Shown here: in pieces, positions 1 through 11,791 of the stretch
How positions within the stretch are numbered: position 1 is the stretch's first letter
Layout: the number at the start of each line of letters is the position of its first letter
DNA from: Anthoceros angustus
Taxonomy: Eukaryota > Plantae > Anthocerotophyta
NCBI GenBank assembly: GCA_010909165.1
Contig: MU008173.1
Coordinates: 1,240,001 to 1,304,000, forward strand
Reading direction: 5' to 3'
DNA length: 64,000 bases
Made by a program: the position numbers and the translations under genes
Notes under the pieces: generated by a model
Seen by the model: the letters and a program-made list of their open reading frames with translations, nothing else
Database searches by the model: none
Told to the model about the DNA's origin: nothing

Positions 1-144
1 CCTACTATCACCATCTTTGTTGCATACCAATGTGTGTAGTTTGCTGCAATCCAGTGGAGCATGATGAATCGGGAGTAGCAGGAGCAGGATGCATGTCTGA
101 AGAATGCCAGATGTAGGAGAGGGTTGATGACTTGAGTGCCATCA

Positions 145-1611
145 TCATGGCAGGGGAGGGGTGGAGGCGGAGATGAGCTCTTGATACCCGTAGCGAGTTG
201 GTTGTCGAAACATGTCAGGGGAAGGGGATTGCCTCCCTCTCCTTGTGCGGTGCCTGTTGTATGCGCCCCAGGCAACAAATCCCAACAGTGACAGCAACGC
301 CAGGCACATGGAGCCGAACACGCCCACAATCAGCCTGCCGTGCATCGTGCCACTGTTTTGTGTTCCGGGCTCTTGTTGGTCTTGTTCTACAATAGATGAT
401 TCTTTGGCTCTCTTTTCCTGGCTGGCGTCCCCGGACACCAGCACTCCAGGGTGCTCCTGGTCGGGCTCAGGCCAGCTCTGGACGTCGTCGTCCTTGTTAG
501 GGCTGGAGTTCTCTCTATCCTGCTGCGAGGCAGGGGGGGAAGGGTGTTTGTACGTGGGCTTGTCTTGGTGGAAGGGAGTGATGGTGGCTGGATCATGCTC
601 GTCTAGATCGTCGTCCGGTTCTTCCATGGCTTGGTGCTGGTCCGTCACAGCCCTGTTGTTGTTGTTGTTGTTCTTGTCGTCGGCATCGAAGTCGCAGAGC
701 TTGAAGGGATAGCCCTCCTCCCCTTTCCCGCTCCCGAAGCACCACGAGTGGATGAGATGCTTCAGGGGGTTGTCCCCGGCCGAGGAGCTGAAGCCCACGA
801 ACATGTTGTGGTTCACCAGGCTGCGCAGATCCAAATCCAAGGAAAGCAGAGGCACTGCGGGCCGGGGGCTCCCGTCCCTCCCCAGCCGCACCTCCAGCAG
901 CTTCCTGAACGCATCGTAGTCGATCCAGGCCAGCAGCCTTTCCCCGCCCGCGAGCCTGACGCCCACGTCGGAAGCATTTCCCGTGGCCACAGACACCAAG
1001 CTCTCGATGTCCACGCCCACGTGGTTGTCGTTGGGGTCCAGAAACTCGGGATTCCAAAAGCAGTCCAACTCCACGGCGAAAACCTGCGGAGCCGATCTCC
1101 GATGCACCCACCCCGCCGCCGCCTCCTGCATCTCGTCCAGCGACACCATCCCCAGAGAGCCCCAGTCCAGAGACACGTTGTCGGGAACCAGGACGAAGGC
1201 GAACCCATCTCCCGGCGCACCCCCCCTCTCCCTCTCCCGCCCCCTCCTCAGCCGTTCCCGCACCATGGAGAAGGAGAAGGCGGTGGAGAAGGAGGCGAAG
1301 GTGGTGCCGTACTCCTCCTCCGTCTGCAGCGGCACCGGCTTCTTCCACAGGAAACGGCCCACTGTCCGCTTCTGGGACCCGGAAAGCTGCACCGCTACGG
1401 AGGAATTGGGACTGCTGTGATCCGGAACCATCTGCGCATCTCCTAGGCTGATGAAGTCATCGTCGCCACCATCGCCTCGGAATGACCCAACAGAGAAGGC
1501 GAATTGGGCACCAGCAGGCGCATCGGACGCCGCTGCGAGCCTGAGAAGCATGAGCAGAAGCAAAGGCGGGAGATGAGACCGCCATCTCCGGCAGCCTTCA
1601 CAAGGACCCAT
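145..1611 (-). CDS. L-type (legume) lectin receptor-like protein: signal peptide, lectin domain, acidic stalk, TM helix, no kinase domain
   Basis: Single ORF. First plausible ATG at 1611 (MGPCEG...LLLLMLLRLAAAS signal). Lectin motifs ASFSTAFSF, GDGFAFVLVP, FAVELD, DPNDNHVGVDIES, AWIDYD, MFVGFSSS. TM segment LIVGVFGSMCLALLSLLGFVAWGAY followed by basic residues. Confidence 0.85.
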   Translation of the reverse strand: MGPCEGCRRWRSHLPPLLLLMLLRLAAASDAPAGAQFAFSVGSFRGDGGDDDFISLGDAQMVPDHSSPNSSVAVQLSGSQKRTVGRFLWKKPVPLQTEEEYGTTFASFSTAFSFSMVRERLRRGRERERGGAPGDGFAFVLVPDNVSLDWGSLGMVSLDEMQEAAAGWVHRRSAPQVFAVELDCFWNPEFLDPNDNHVGVDIESLVSVATGNASDVGVRLAGGERLLAWIDYDAFRKLLEVRLGRDGSPRPAVPLLSLDLDLRSLVNHNMFVGFSSSAGDNPLKHLIHSWCFGSGKGEEGYPFKLCDFDADDKNNNNNNRAVTDQHQAMEEPDDDLDEHDPATITPFHQDKPTYKHPSPPASQQDRENSSPNKDDDVQSWPEPDQEHPGVLVSGDASQEKRAKESSIVEQDQQEPGTQNSGTMHGRLIVGVFGSMCLALLSLLGFVAWGAYNRHRTRRGRQSPSPDMFRQPTRYGYQELISASTPPLP

Positions 1612-2050
1612 CACGGAAGCGGCGGAGAAGCAGCAGGAGACGCAGAGCCAGCAAGGGCTGGTGCTGGTGTTGGTGAGAGGGCCTCCGCGTGGCCAGAGTG
1701 GCGCGCGCAGAACGCAGACAACCCACCTGGCGTACCCGCAATGCGCAACGAAACAGGCGCTGAAACCCGTGATGGGTCCCAGAGGCAGGATATGGAGGTG
1801 CCAGCGTGGGTGGCTGTCGCACTGCTCTTCTCCGCCCCTTCCCCCGACCCCCGGACGCATCCTGATAGCTGCGTTTTAACTGCACTATTACCAGCTCTGC
1901 CGTTGCCTGTGAGCTGCTGCGGCGGGGGATCTTTTTCTGATTGTTGCCGGGATTCCTGCTTAAGGGATCTGAGATGGTGCTCGCACTCTGGTAGCTGCAG
2001 GCGCTGCAGTTTCTGAAGGACCCTAGGTTGGGGTGCAGGAGGGGGCCGTC

Positions 2051-4657
2051 ATGGTTACTCTCATCCTGGACACCGCGCATCCTATTTGGCCTCTGAGCGA
2101 GGAGGACGCCATGGATTTTGGGTCGGGGTGGTGGTGGACTTACTTGGCCATCTCGGCCGGCCTCGTGATGTTTGCGGGGATTATGTCTGGACTTACTCTG
2201 GGGCTCATGTCGCTCTCGCTCGTGGATTTGGATGTTCTTCAGCAGAGTGGGACAGAGCAGGAAAGGAAGCAGGCAGGTGGGTGTTGCGGCCGCCGAAAGG
2301 ATGTGCCTTGCCAGGCTGCAGAATTGCACACGTTTGAGTGCTTGTCGGAAGTGGGCCTCCCTGTGCTGTGGTTAACCACACTCTTGTGTTCCTTCAGCTG
2401 TAATTAAACCGCTTGTGACGAAGCAGCACCAATTGCTGGTTACGTTACTCCTCTGCAATGCTGCTGCAATGGAGGTATGAAAGTGTCGTGCTCTATAGTT
2501 TGAGCTTTAGCTTGCTGCTGGCAGGCTGGGCGGGGTCCTCAGTTTCTCTGTCCTTCGCCTTTGCAGGCTCTTCCTATTTTTCTCGACAAAATGTTCCATC
2601 CAGTTGTGGCAGTGGTGCTGTCAGTCACGTTTGTGCTCTTCTTTGGAGAGGTAACTTCCTGTCGTCCATGTCTTCTCGGCGGCACAAGCATGATGCTTTA
2701 AGAAATGAAGTGATTTTTGTTTTTTGGTTCTGCATTCTCTCCTGCCTACAGATCATCCCTCAAGCTGTATGTACACGTTTTGGGCTCGCAGTGGGTGCAA
2801 ACCTGGCGTGGCTTGTGCAATCTCTCATGGTCATCTGTTTCGTAGTCGCTTATCCCATTGGGAAGGTAGCGTGCACCCAAAGTTTGTTACTCTCTAAGCT
2901 TTTCTTCTGAGATCGCTATACTTCTAGAAATGTGTGATATGTGAAGAGCTTGATGGTGCTGCACAGGTTTTGGATGCTGTTCTGGGGCATCACGATGTTT
3001 TATTTAGACGAGCTCAGCTGAAGGCTTTGGTATCTATTCACGGGGAAGAAGTAAGTTCCATGTACGAAGTTATCCTGCATTTGTACTTACAGTCTGCCTA
3101 GCTACGGCTTTTCAAATGGATAGCATCGGATCGCATAGTATGTTTTGGATTTGTTCGTTTTCTCTTGTCGTTGAAGCATGCGTGGTTGCACAGGCAGGGA
3201 AAGGTGGAGAGCTCTCTCGTGATGAAACTATGATTATAAGAGGAGCGTTGGATCTTAGTCAGAAGACCGCTGACCAGGCCATGACGCCAATAGAGTCCAC
3301 ATTCTCCTTGGATGTGAATACTAAATTAGATTGGTGAGCTCCTACACATCCATGCAGCGTTTGGTGACCTGTGAAACTCTTTCTTAGGGGACAACTCCTT
3401 TTTTTTGCCAGGGAAGCTATAGGCAAAATCATCACTCGGGGTCACAGCCGTATTCCAGTCTACAAAGGAAGTAAGCAGAATATTATTGGCATCTTACTGG
3501 TAAGCTGATGTTCCGCACTTGCAGATTCTGAGGAGTTTGTTTCGCGTGAGGACTACGATTTGACGAGAAGAACCATGCTGCTTGTGATGCTATTAGGTGA
3601 AGAGCCTCCTGACTGTGCGAGCCGAGCAAGAAACTCCAGTCAGTGCCGTCGCCATCAGGAGAATACCACGGTATGCCCGTGCCTTTTGATATTGCTATGT
3701 AACCTATGTTTGTTTCATCTGTCCACCACTATTTCGATCTGCTGTTCACCATTCCTCTACATGTGCTGTGTTTACCAGGGTACCCGCCGACATGCCTTTG
3801 TACGACATTCTGAACGAGTTCCAGAAGGGTAGTAGTCACATGGCAGCTGTCGTGAAGGCGACAAGCAGTAACTGTAAGGGGAATGCTAGCCAAGGGCATG
3901 CTAGTCAGACAGAGGCATCAAAACCCGCTCAAACGGTAGTCAGATTTGATCTTGAGAAAGGAGAGACCTACAACTCCACAGCTGAAGAAGACGAACCTCC
4001 AAGTGAGGGGCAAGCATATTTTGTGAACGGCAGCCCGGCTGAAGGTTCTAGTCTTGTTCCTGAGGACATGGATGAGGGAGAGGTGATTGGGATTATCACT
4101 TTGGAAGACGTCATCGAGGAGCTTCTGCAGGTATGTGTTGGAACTGTCTTGTACTGTTGATACCTCCTTACAGAGATCACATCTAACAGCGTTCCTATCT
4201 GCAGGAAGAAATTGTGGATGAGACTGATGAGTATGTGGATGTCCACAAAAGGTAATCTGCCAAAAGCCTAGAAATGATGCCTGGCCTTAAACCCTTTTGA
4301 GGACGTCTCGTTTCGTTGCTCACTTTTCTATGTGCATTTGATTTCGTAGAATTCGGGTTGCGGCTGCAGCAGCACACATAGCTAGGAAACCCTCGGTCCG
4401 GCGGGGAAGCTCTTTTCGTGCTATTGTGAGTTGCCATCCGCCTTTCTTCTTCTTTACCTCGCAGAGCTCTGTCGAAAGCCGCGTATACCGCTTCTCCTGG
4501 ATTCACCATGATGTTAACATGGCTTGTGCTTGTGTAGGCTGGGAAACCTGAAAAAACTGCTACAGGTGATGATACGTCAACTAGGGGTAAAGGGGGAACG
4601 TTTAGCATGAAACGAGAACATAGCTTGTCGGAACCCTTGCTGGGACGTCCGCTCTGA
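2051..4657 (+). CDS. CNNM/DUF21 + CBS domain protein (putative Mg/metal transporter), multi-exon
   Basis: Exons give [132 protein letters not shown] introns. Last exon ends ...SEPLLGRPL* at 4657. Confidence 0.93.
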
Positions 4658-5929
4658 CTCTTCTATGTGAATGTACATATGGAGTACGTGACTCTTTGAA
4701 GCATACAACCTGAAAACGGCTTAAAAACCTGAAAACGGATGGCAAAATTACTGAATTTAGAGGTTTTTCAAAGATTACCTCGAAGCCCCGCCCTGGGATT
4801 TCCCGGATTTTGACATGGAGAAACCCTGTAGGACACTATAGTGTGCGGCGTGCGGGGACGATGGCATGAACCATGAACCCCATCGGACCATGTTCCCCAT
4901 TTGCATTACAACCGTTGGAGCGTTATTTGATTTAATAAGTCATCAATTTATAGTTTTATTCTTCATAATATAAGTAGGTACAGTAACACCCCTCACTGCG
5001 CAGCTAATAAGGAAGCGACAAGTGCTGGCTTCCCAGCGGTCTAGGACCTCGCCAATTCACTCCACAAGAGACTTGCGATTCTCGGCCTCAACTGTCAACA
5101 CATCACTAGGCTGGCAGCTGGCCGTCATCGACGACTCGCAGCCACCTCCTCGAGGTGCTGCTCTTTATTATAAGAATACAACGATGGAATCTGGCTATCT
5201 ACGCCCAACTGGCTACTGCCCTTGATTCCATGACAAGCTCACTAGCTAGCTCTCCACAGCTCTCTCAAAGAGTGAGTCCCACTTGTTTCTCAAAGCCCTT
5301 GCTCTAGCCCGCAGCATGACCTTAACTAGGCAGCTGTTAAATCTAGGGATTCTTACAGACCACTTATCACTAAGAGTCCTCTCTAGGCAGCTCTTCATTT
5401 GTGGCTGTAGCAATTGCTCTCTATCATTGCATGAAGCATGCAACACATGCATCTTCTTAACAGGGCAGCTACTAACTTAGCTTTTTACCTTTTTCAACTT
5501 TTCACCTTTCTACCTTATTTTACCAGTGCCGTTACTGGTACACCAAATATCTCAGTTGGTGTGATAAGGGTGTTTTTCTTTCGACTAAAAACCACGACGG
5601 AGAATTCAAAGAGTAGTTCGCCATATGGAGATTCCAGTCACCCGATTATGGTCGAACTAAGTGCAGAATTTAGCTATATGTATGCCCTAAGGCGGAGCGG
5701 CTAGGTACATATTGAGAAGTGACGGGGAGGAAGGGGAGGCTGATTATGACCAAGTGGACGAGAATCAGAAAATCATCGATGATGTTGAACACAAAAGTTG
5801 GCAGGATGGGTTCGGGGGACCATAGCGTCAAAACCTGAAGGAGCACTGTGGCATTGACAGCAAATGCGCTGGCTTTGAATGACTACTCGACAACTAAAGA
5901 GTCAAATGACACCGGCGACAGCTTTGTCT

Positions 5930-6120
5930 TTGCACGGCGTGTACGCTTGCAAGGAGTCAGCACTATAATGGATGGCCATTGCTTCAGAATCTGCCCTTGC
6001 ACGGCGTGTACGCTTGCAAGGAGTAAGAACTACAATGGATGGCCATTGCTTCAAAATTTGCCCTTGCACGGCGTCTACGCTTGTAAGGAGTAGGGACCAT
6101 GGATGGCCATTGCTTCAGAA
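5930..6120. repeat. Tandem repeat, about 67-bp unit x3
   Basis: Unit TGCACGGCGTGTACGCTTGCAAGGAGT...ATGGATGGCCATTGCTTCAGAA recurs three times with substitutions. Confidence 0.9.
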
Positions 6121-6139
6121 GAATTGAAAACTATCCAGC

Positions 6140-7012
6140 CTAATAAAAATAAGGTTCACCAAAATTTTCAAAACCCAGACATGACCAGAGCGAGTGGAGC
6201 GGGTGCGACAGCTTGTCCGAGCAAGCTTGACCGTGAATCTCCATGGTGACCATGTGGTGTTGGTACATTATCCGGAAGCAGTAGCTGAGCACGTCATGCA
6301 CCCCGCTGTAGTCCACAAAACCCTTCCTGTTGGCTGTCATGAAGCCCTTGAGCACACGCGTGTGCTCATCTCCCAGATCCCAGCTAGTGGTAGCCCAGCC
6401 AACCTCATTCTTCCAGGGAGAATGCCACCGCTCTGGCCGCTCCAGGTCACCAGACGCTATGAGATGGTTGAGGAAGACGTAGAATTTGAGGCAATCATAG
6501 GCGAGATCGGAGAAGCCGAAGCCGTGAATGTGCGTGGTCCTACATTCCAGATCTTGGATACCAACTCCTGTGTGCGCCAGCAGCAAAACAGCCTCCATGT
6601 TGTTCGCGTTGAACAGCGCCTTCACAACCCCGGCTACATTCCCTCCCTCGTATCCTGACGAGCATGGCAACCTCGGCCTGGAGCGCCAGAAGTCGACCGA
6701 TTGGTAACCGGGCCACAGGATGTCGGGATCGACGACGTCGCTGAGACATCCGTCGTCGTACACTGTTGTCCGCTTCAGGATACTGTCCAGGTCGTATTTG
6801 CGCCTCTCAGTGGCCGCGAAGTTGGAGATGGTGGACTCGAACCGGGCAGTGAAGTGACGGATTTTCTTCGCCTGCCGCACCCTCTCTTCCTCCGTCTCGC
6901 ATCGCTTGGCCCGCAGGCGTGGTGGTCTGGGATTGTTGCGGTAGTAGAGCACCTCAAGGCAATCTACCAGAGCGTCCCACGGAATGTTGTGCCATTGATG
7001 ACACCTCGCCAT
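6140..7012 (-). CDS. Intronless hypothetical protein (about 290 aa), no recognisable plant family
   Basis: 873-nt ORF from ATG (MARCHQWHNIPW) with globular composition and GC-rich codons. Confidence 0.6.
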   Translation of the reverse strand: MARCHQWHNIPWDALVDCLEVLYYRNNPRPPRLRAKRCETEEERVRQAKKIRHFTARFESTISNFAATERRKYDLDSILKRTTVYDDGCLSDVVDPDILWPGYQSVDFWRSRPRLPCSSGYEGGNVAGVVKALFNANNMEAVLLLAHTGVGIQDLECRTTHIHGFGFSDLAYDCLKFYVFLNHLIASGDLERPERWHSPWKNEVGWATTSWDLGDEHTRVLKGFMTANRKGFVDYSGVHDVLSYCFRIMYQHHMVTMEIHGQACSDKLSHPLHSLWSCLGFENFGEPYFY

Positions 7013-7406
7013 GGCAATCACTAGCAAACCGTGCTGTCGAATCACTGTATAGTTTGTCACATCCCGCTAGAATGCGAGGATACATGTGATTACACGCAGC
7101 TTCCGTGTTTGTTAAGGCAACCCTCGGCTCCTTCCAAGACTTCCGTGTTTCCTGAGGCAACTCTCAAGACTTGAATGCATATGCTTGGGCATTCCTTCTT
7201 TTCCTGTATCGATTATGTTTTTCATTTCTCGTCCAGCAGAAACTAATAGGGAATACTGAAATTCCTCCAATGACGCTGCTCTCTGCTTGGGCATGTTGTT
7301 TGATAAATGCGTCTCGCGCTCGCGTCTCGCGCTCTTCTACAAAATGTAAAGTGCCGATACTCTTCACGTCCATCTTTGAAGCAAGGGCTCTCATTCCTCT
7401 GCAGAC

Positions 7407-10151
7407 CTACTTTTGGTAGAGGAAAACAAGCCCGAAAATGAAAAAGGCCGCCATCTGCACCAGAACGACCCACAATTTCAAAGTCCGCGCACGCAACATG
7501 TTCACAAATCAACCAGGATGCGTACCGAGTTCATTGCCACATACCATGGAGAAGGACGCGCCATAATAAGGAAAAGCGGCCGGAATAAACCTCTCGTACT
7601 CATTGTGCCTGAAGGGTCTTACAGGTATCTGCACAAATCTGGTGAATTAACCATGTCCTTCGCCGTGCATGCAAATATGCAAATCCGTTACCTGTTTGCT
7701 CAACGTCAATGAGGTATACCCAAGCCTCCAATATTCAACTTTAAACTGAAAGACTCCATACACATCTGGGACTTGAAACTTGGTATGATAGTGACCCTGC
7801 CAAGATATAAAGTCAGTGATACGGTCTTACCCTCACGAGATTTACACTACAACATCATTGAACAAGCGCACCTTCCCATCATGCGACAATGTCTTCCTGA
7901 TATAAGGAGACATCATGTAAAATTGTACTTGCACATCATCTGCCTGATATGGGTGCCAGTGCTTGCCTGTCCACTCATAAATGTCTACAGAGAACTCCTG
8001 TTGTTCGGATATTGTTCCAGCACGTTAGGACTCAAGCAAGCCTTCAATTAATTGCGCCACTGGATTAAAAAAATAGCAGTCTTGTACCAGATTGTCTGTG
8101 ATTCTGTACATTGAAGGTTCCCCCTCCTCGTCAACTTTTTTGTGCCGGAGATTCACAGCCTGCAGCAACACACAGACATATTATGCTTATGATAGACTGC
8201 ATTCAAATGACTTGTACATAACATTGCATAACAAGAGCCCACAGGGCACATAAGCCACCCCCTGGAACTCTCATAACAAAGAGGTCCACCTCACCTTTAG
8301 ATGACCCCGCTCATGGAAAACCCACTTGGTCAGCTCGGTCGCAAATTTCTCATTTCCAGATTTTGGATACCTGGCGTAAGTGGACAGCACATTACAATGA
8401 TCCAGCATCTATTGCATAGCATGATGTGCAGAGAAAAAATAGGGGACGGACCATTCTGAAAGGATGAAGCACCTAGCCAACTCTGCTTTCATAGCCTATA
8501 AGATACATAAAGGAAAGGCAAACTCACCTTTTTGAATCTGTGGCTTGACGAACCTCAGACTTGAAGAATCTGCAGCATTCCCATGGTTGAAAATCAATCT
8601 CTATATGACACACTTTACAATCTCCTCTAAAACTTCTGAAGATAAGTTTTCTAGATGAAAGTGAAAAAAAGGTTATCACATACTCGTCGCTGAACAGATC
8701 CAATGAGCCTGATATCAGAATTCGAGCATTGTTCCTTGCCTGGTACATCTCATAAGTGGGTACGGCACAAGGCCTGAAAACAATATTGACTGCTCTCATA
8801 ACAAAGTTCCAAATTTCTGTAAAAGCAGCTTTACCTGCACCACTGACACTAATCCAATGGAGGTCCCACTGAGGACTGGTGGTTCTTTCAGAGGAACAAA
8901 TAGCTTTCCAGAATATGCTGATGGAGATGCAGATAAGACCTTCACCACCTGCAAAACCGAAGTCAGCAAGGTATTCAAATCTCACCGTCTGGCTATGCAC
9001 TTGAAACCTAAGGAAGGTGGAAAGAAGGGCCAATTTGTGTAACTCTCCGTCCAGATCCACACAGATCCAGAAAGGTCTCTTACCAGCTCACTTGTATTCA
9101 CAGAATGCCCAATCCCCCGAAACAGAATAGGTTCCTGCAAGGTGACGCATCAGACGACAGAAGCTGGCCATAAACTGAAATCTGAAGAAAGTGATGTAGC
9201 CGTCCAAAATTCCACCTTTATGCCATCCTTGCCCAGAATCACTGAGGAGTCTATCAACTTGTCACCAACAATCAAAGAGCGATCCCCATGTGCTGTCTCT
9301 GCAAAGCTGATGTGGTCAATAACCACGGACTCTGCATCCTGCACACAAATTTTAACAGAGCACAGACCATGGTCTTAACAGCAGCAGGAGCTGAGCAAAC
9401 TTGCCTACCTACCTACGCCAATGTCAGCCTAGTCCGCAGGATTGGTCATACATCCAGATTACCAAACATATGACTGCGATATGTGTCACAACCTCATTAA
9501 AATCCACGCCACATTCTGTGGCAATGTCTCGAATGACATCAGAAGTGGATACATCAGCAGCCAGAACAAGATCATGCCCGGAGTCCACGAAATCCAGAAC
9601 TGCAGCAGCATCCAAAGAGCCGCCAAAACCTGATTTGTCAAATTATACCAACAGTAAATCAGATTGCAGCTTAAATGGCGACAGATACAGCAACAGTGAG
9701 GCCGGTCTAAGACTTCCACAGTAGCAACCTGTACCAATTCAGAAAAGTCCAAAGGCTACGAAGTGCAGACTCACGCTCAACAGAAGGAGCGAACAAGATC
9801 AGAGCATCGTAGAGATATTTGCCATATCTCTGGAGTGCAAGTTTGGGGTCCTCAGCCAGGTTGAAATCCAGCTCATAGCCGCGATCTGGAATTCCACAAA
9901 GTAAAGACAGCGGGGTAAGGAACAGACTGCCACAACAACGAATTGCTTCCTGCGAACCTCATGTGCTTACCTGTAAGCGACTGGAAGTAGACAGAATGTG
10001 ATGAGCGGCGGCTGAGATCATCTAATAGCACCAGCACCTTCTGGTCGGATGGGAATTCCTCCGAAAACGCTCCGCACTGAGCCGAGAGCAGGGCGACGAG
10101 GAAGCAAGCCCCCAGGCAGGACGCCCACACCGTCCACGGGCCGCGCTCCAT
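7407..10151 (-). CDS. OST48: Oligosaccharyltransferase 48 kDa subunit (OST48/WBP1/DGL1), multi-exon
   Basis: Signal peptide then [18 protein letters not shown]; [18 protein letters not shown]; [14 protein letters not shown]; [18 protein letters not shown]; terminal exons [22 protein letters not shown] and [15 protein letters not shown]. Confidence 0.95.
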
Positions 10152-10285
10152 CGCTCTCACCTTGGCACGAGGGCAACCAGGCGCCAAATTGTCGCACAAG
10201 GACTACCTAAACGGAGTTGGCATAGAAAAGCGGATGAAATAAAACAGGTTCCGTTGTACAACTGTTCTTTTGAACTGCGCTTTCC

Positions 10286-10979
10286 ATGGGCTTCCAGTGG
10301 ACCTTCGATCGCAGTGGCGGGGGCGACCAGCAGCCGGCCTCGGACTCACCTCCTGTTGCTGCCGCAGGTGTGGCGCCCGGTCACACTGACGTTGGTGAGG
10401 ATGTTAAGGAGATCGCCCAGCCTGTAGCGCAGGAGCTGCCCAGGACCACCGTGGTTCGGTATCCGAAGCCGGTTCCCAAGCTGCAGCAGAAGCTGGAGAT
10501 TGGCAGCGAAGATGGCAAGGGGTCCTCCTCCAGCAACATGTGGCAGGTTGGCCTCTCGCTTTCCTTGCCATAGAAACCGCTTTCTTTTTCATTTTTCTCC
10601 AAGCTGCTGCATAGAGTCGTATTGCAAAACATGCCCCTCTTAATTGGACACCTGATAGCGTCTGTTGCTGCTTAGCTGTACTCCAAGGTCAGGGTGCGAG
10701 TTTGTTTGGCCTCTGCCGGGAGTGTGGCATCACTGCTCTCCTGCGTTTAGGGTTGAAGGTTCCGGTTTTGCTCATCGGTCGATTCCAGCTGACACACCAC
10801 TGTGCTCACGCTACCATGGTTTCTTTGCTCGCTGTTTGCTGACCTCTAGGCTGCGGTACTTTTCTGTTGGCTTTTTGCAGGTGTATGCAATGGCAGGGTT
10901 TATGGTAGGTCGCTGGATCTGGGCTCGGGTGAAAGAGAGAAGAGCACGAAGATTTAATCGGGAAGATGAAGACTTATAG
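10286..10979 (+). CDS. Small two-exon protein with C-terminal membrane anchor (uncharacterised)
   Basis: Exon 1 ends ...SSSNMWQ|gt. Exon 2 after ttttgcag gives VYAMAGFMVGRWIWARVKERR...EDL*. The MWQVYAxxGFxxxRWxWAR motif resembles, from memory, a conserved small plant protein family. Confidence 0.7.
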
Positions 10980-11791
10980 CCGTAGTTGCAAGTGATTTGA
11001 ATCTGAACGTATTCTGGCTCTCAATACCTACCCTGGTAGTACTGGTACCCTTGTATTACCTTCTGGAGGTTTAGGAGTTCAGAGTTTAGGTCTCTTGTGA
11101 TCTCGTGTCCAGCTGTGAAGGAAAGTTTTGTTTTATTTGAACTGTAATCTATTTATTCCAAATTGATTTCAGCAACCCAGTCTTGTTTCTTACATGTAGG
11201 TGGTTGGGGGGGGAGGAGGGGGGACCGGCAATTACTGTAGTGGGTACCAGAAGCAAATGCAAGGAGCGATGTACCGTAGTCTGGTGGTCTCTCTACCCGT
11301 ATGTAGTTTCTGCTACCCGTGACCTTGTCTGGTGTGTACAAGTATACATGGACACACTGAATTGTGAGTCATACGCTCACCTGCAACTTTTCTGGTGGAG
11401 ACCTTGCGTGCAAGACTAGGCAGTGGTGGAGGTGTCAGAGTCAGCAAGGACGATGTCTGTTAAAGGAGGCAGATGCATCACTTCTTTGTGAGACGCGCTT
11501 TTCATGGCGAGTCAGACTCTGTAGAAAGAACGGAGAGACTGACTCATACAAGGAGCCAGCTTATAATCAGTTCTCTAAAAAGAGAGGAGTGCATGTACTC
11601 GTCTACATCTACACGGCCCTATTGCGGCCATGGAAAATGGCATTGTGTCGGCAAGCCAAGAGCCTGGAGAAAAGCCTGGCACAGCCAGCTGCTAGACTTT
11701 GTTGTAATAAAGCCAGCTGATAGACTATGAATAAAGTCGCCTGAGAAGAGAGTATAGTACATGTACAGACAGGCTAGCTTAAGATTAAGGT

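Noticed and set aside
1612-1860. N-terminal 83 codons of the 571-aa lectin ORF
   Set aside because: They precede the signal-peptide-bearing ATG at 1611 and lie in the short divergent intergenic region.
5930-6120. CRISPR-like appearance of the short repeat arrays (also 43302-43408 and 59219-59851)
   Set aside because: Head-to-tail repeats without unique spacers, no cas genes, eukaryotic context.
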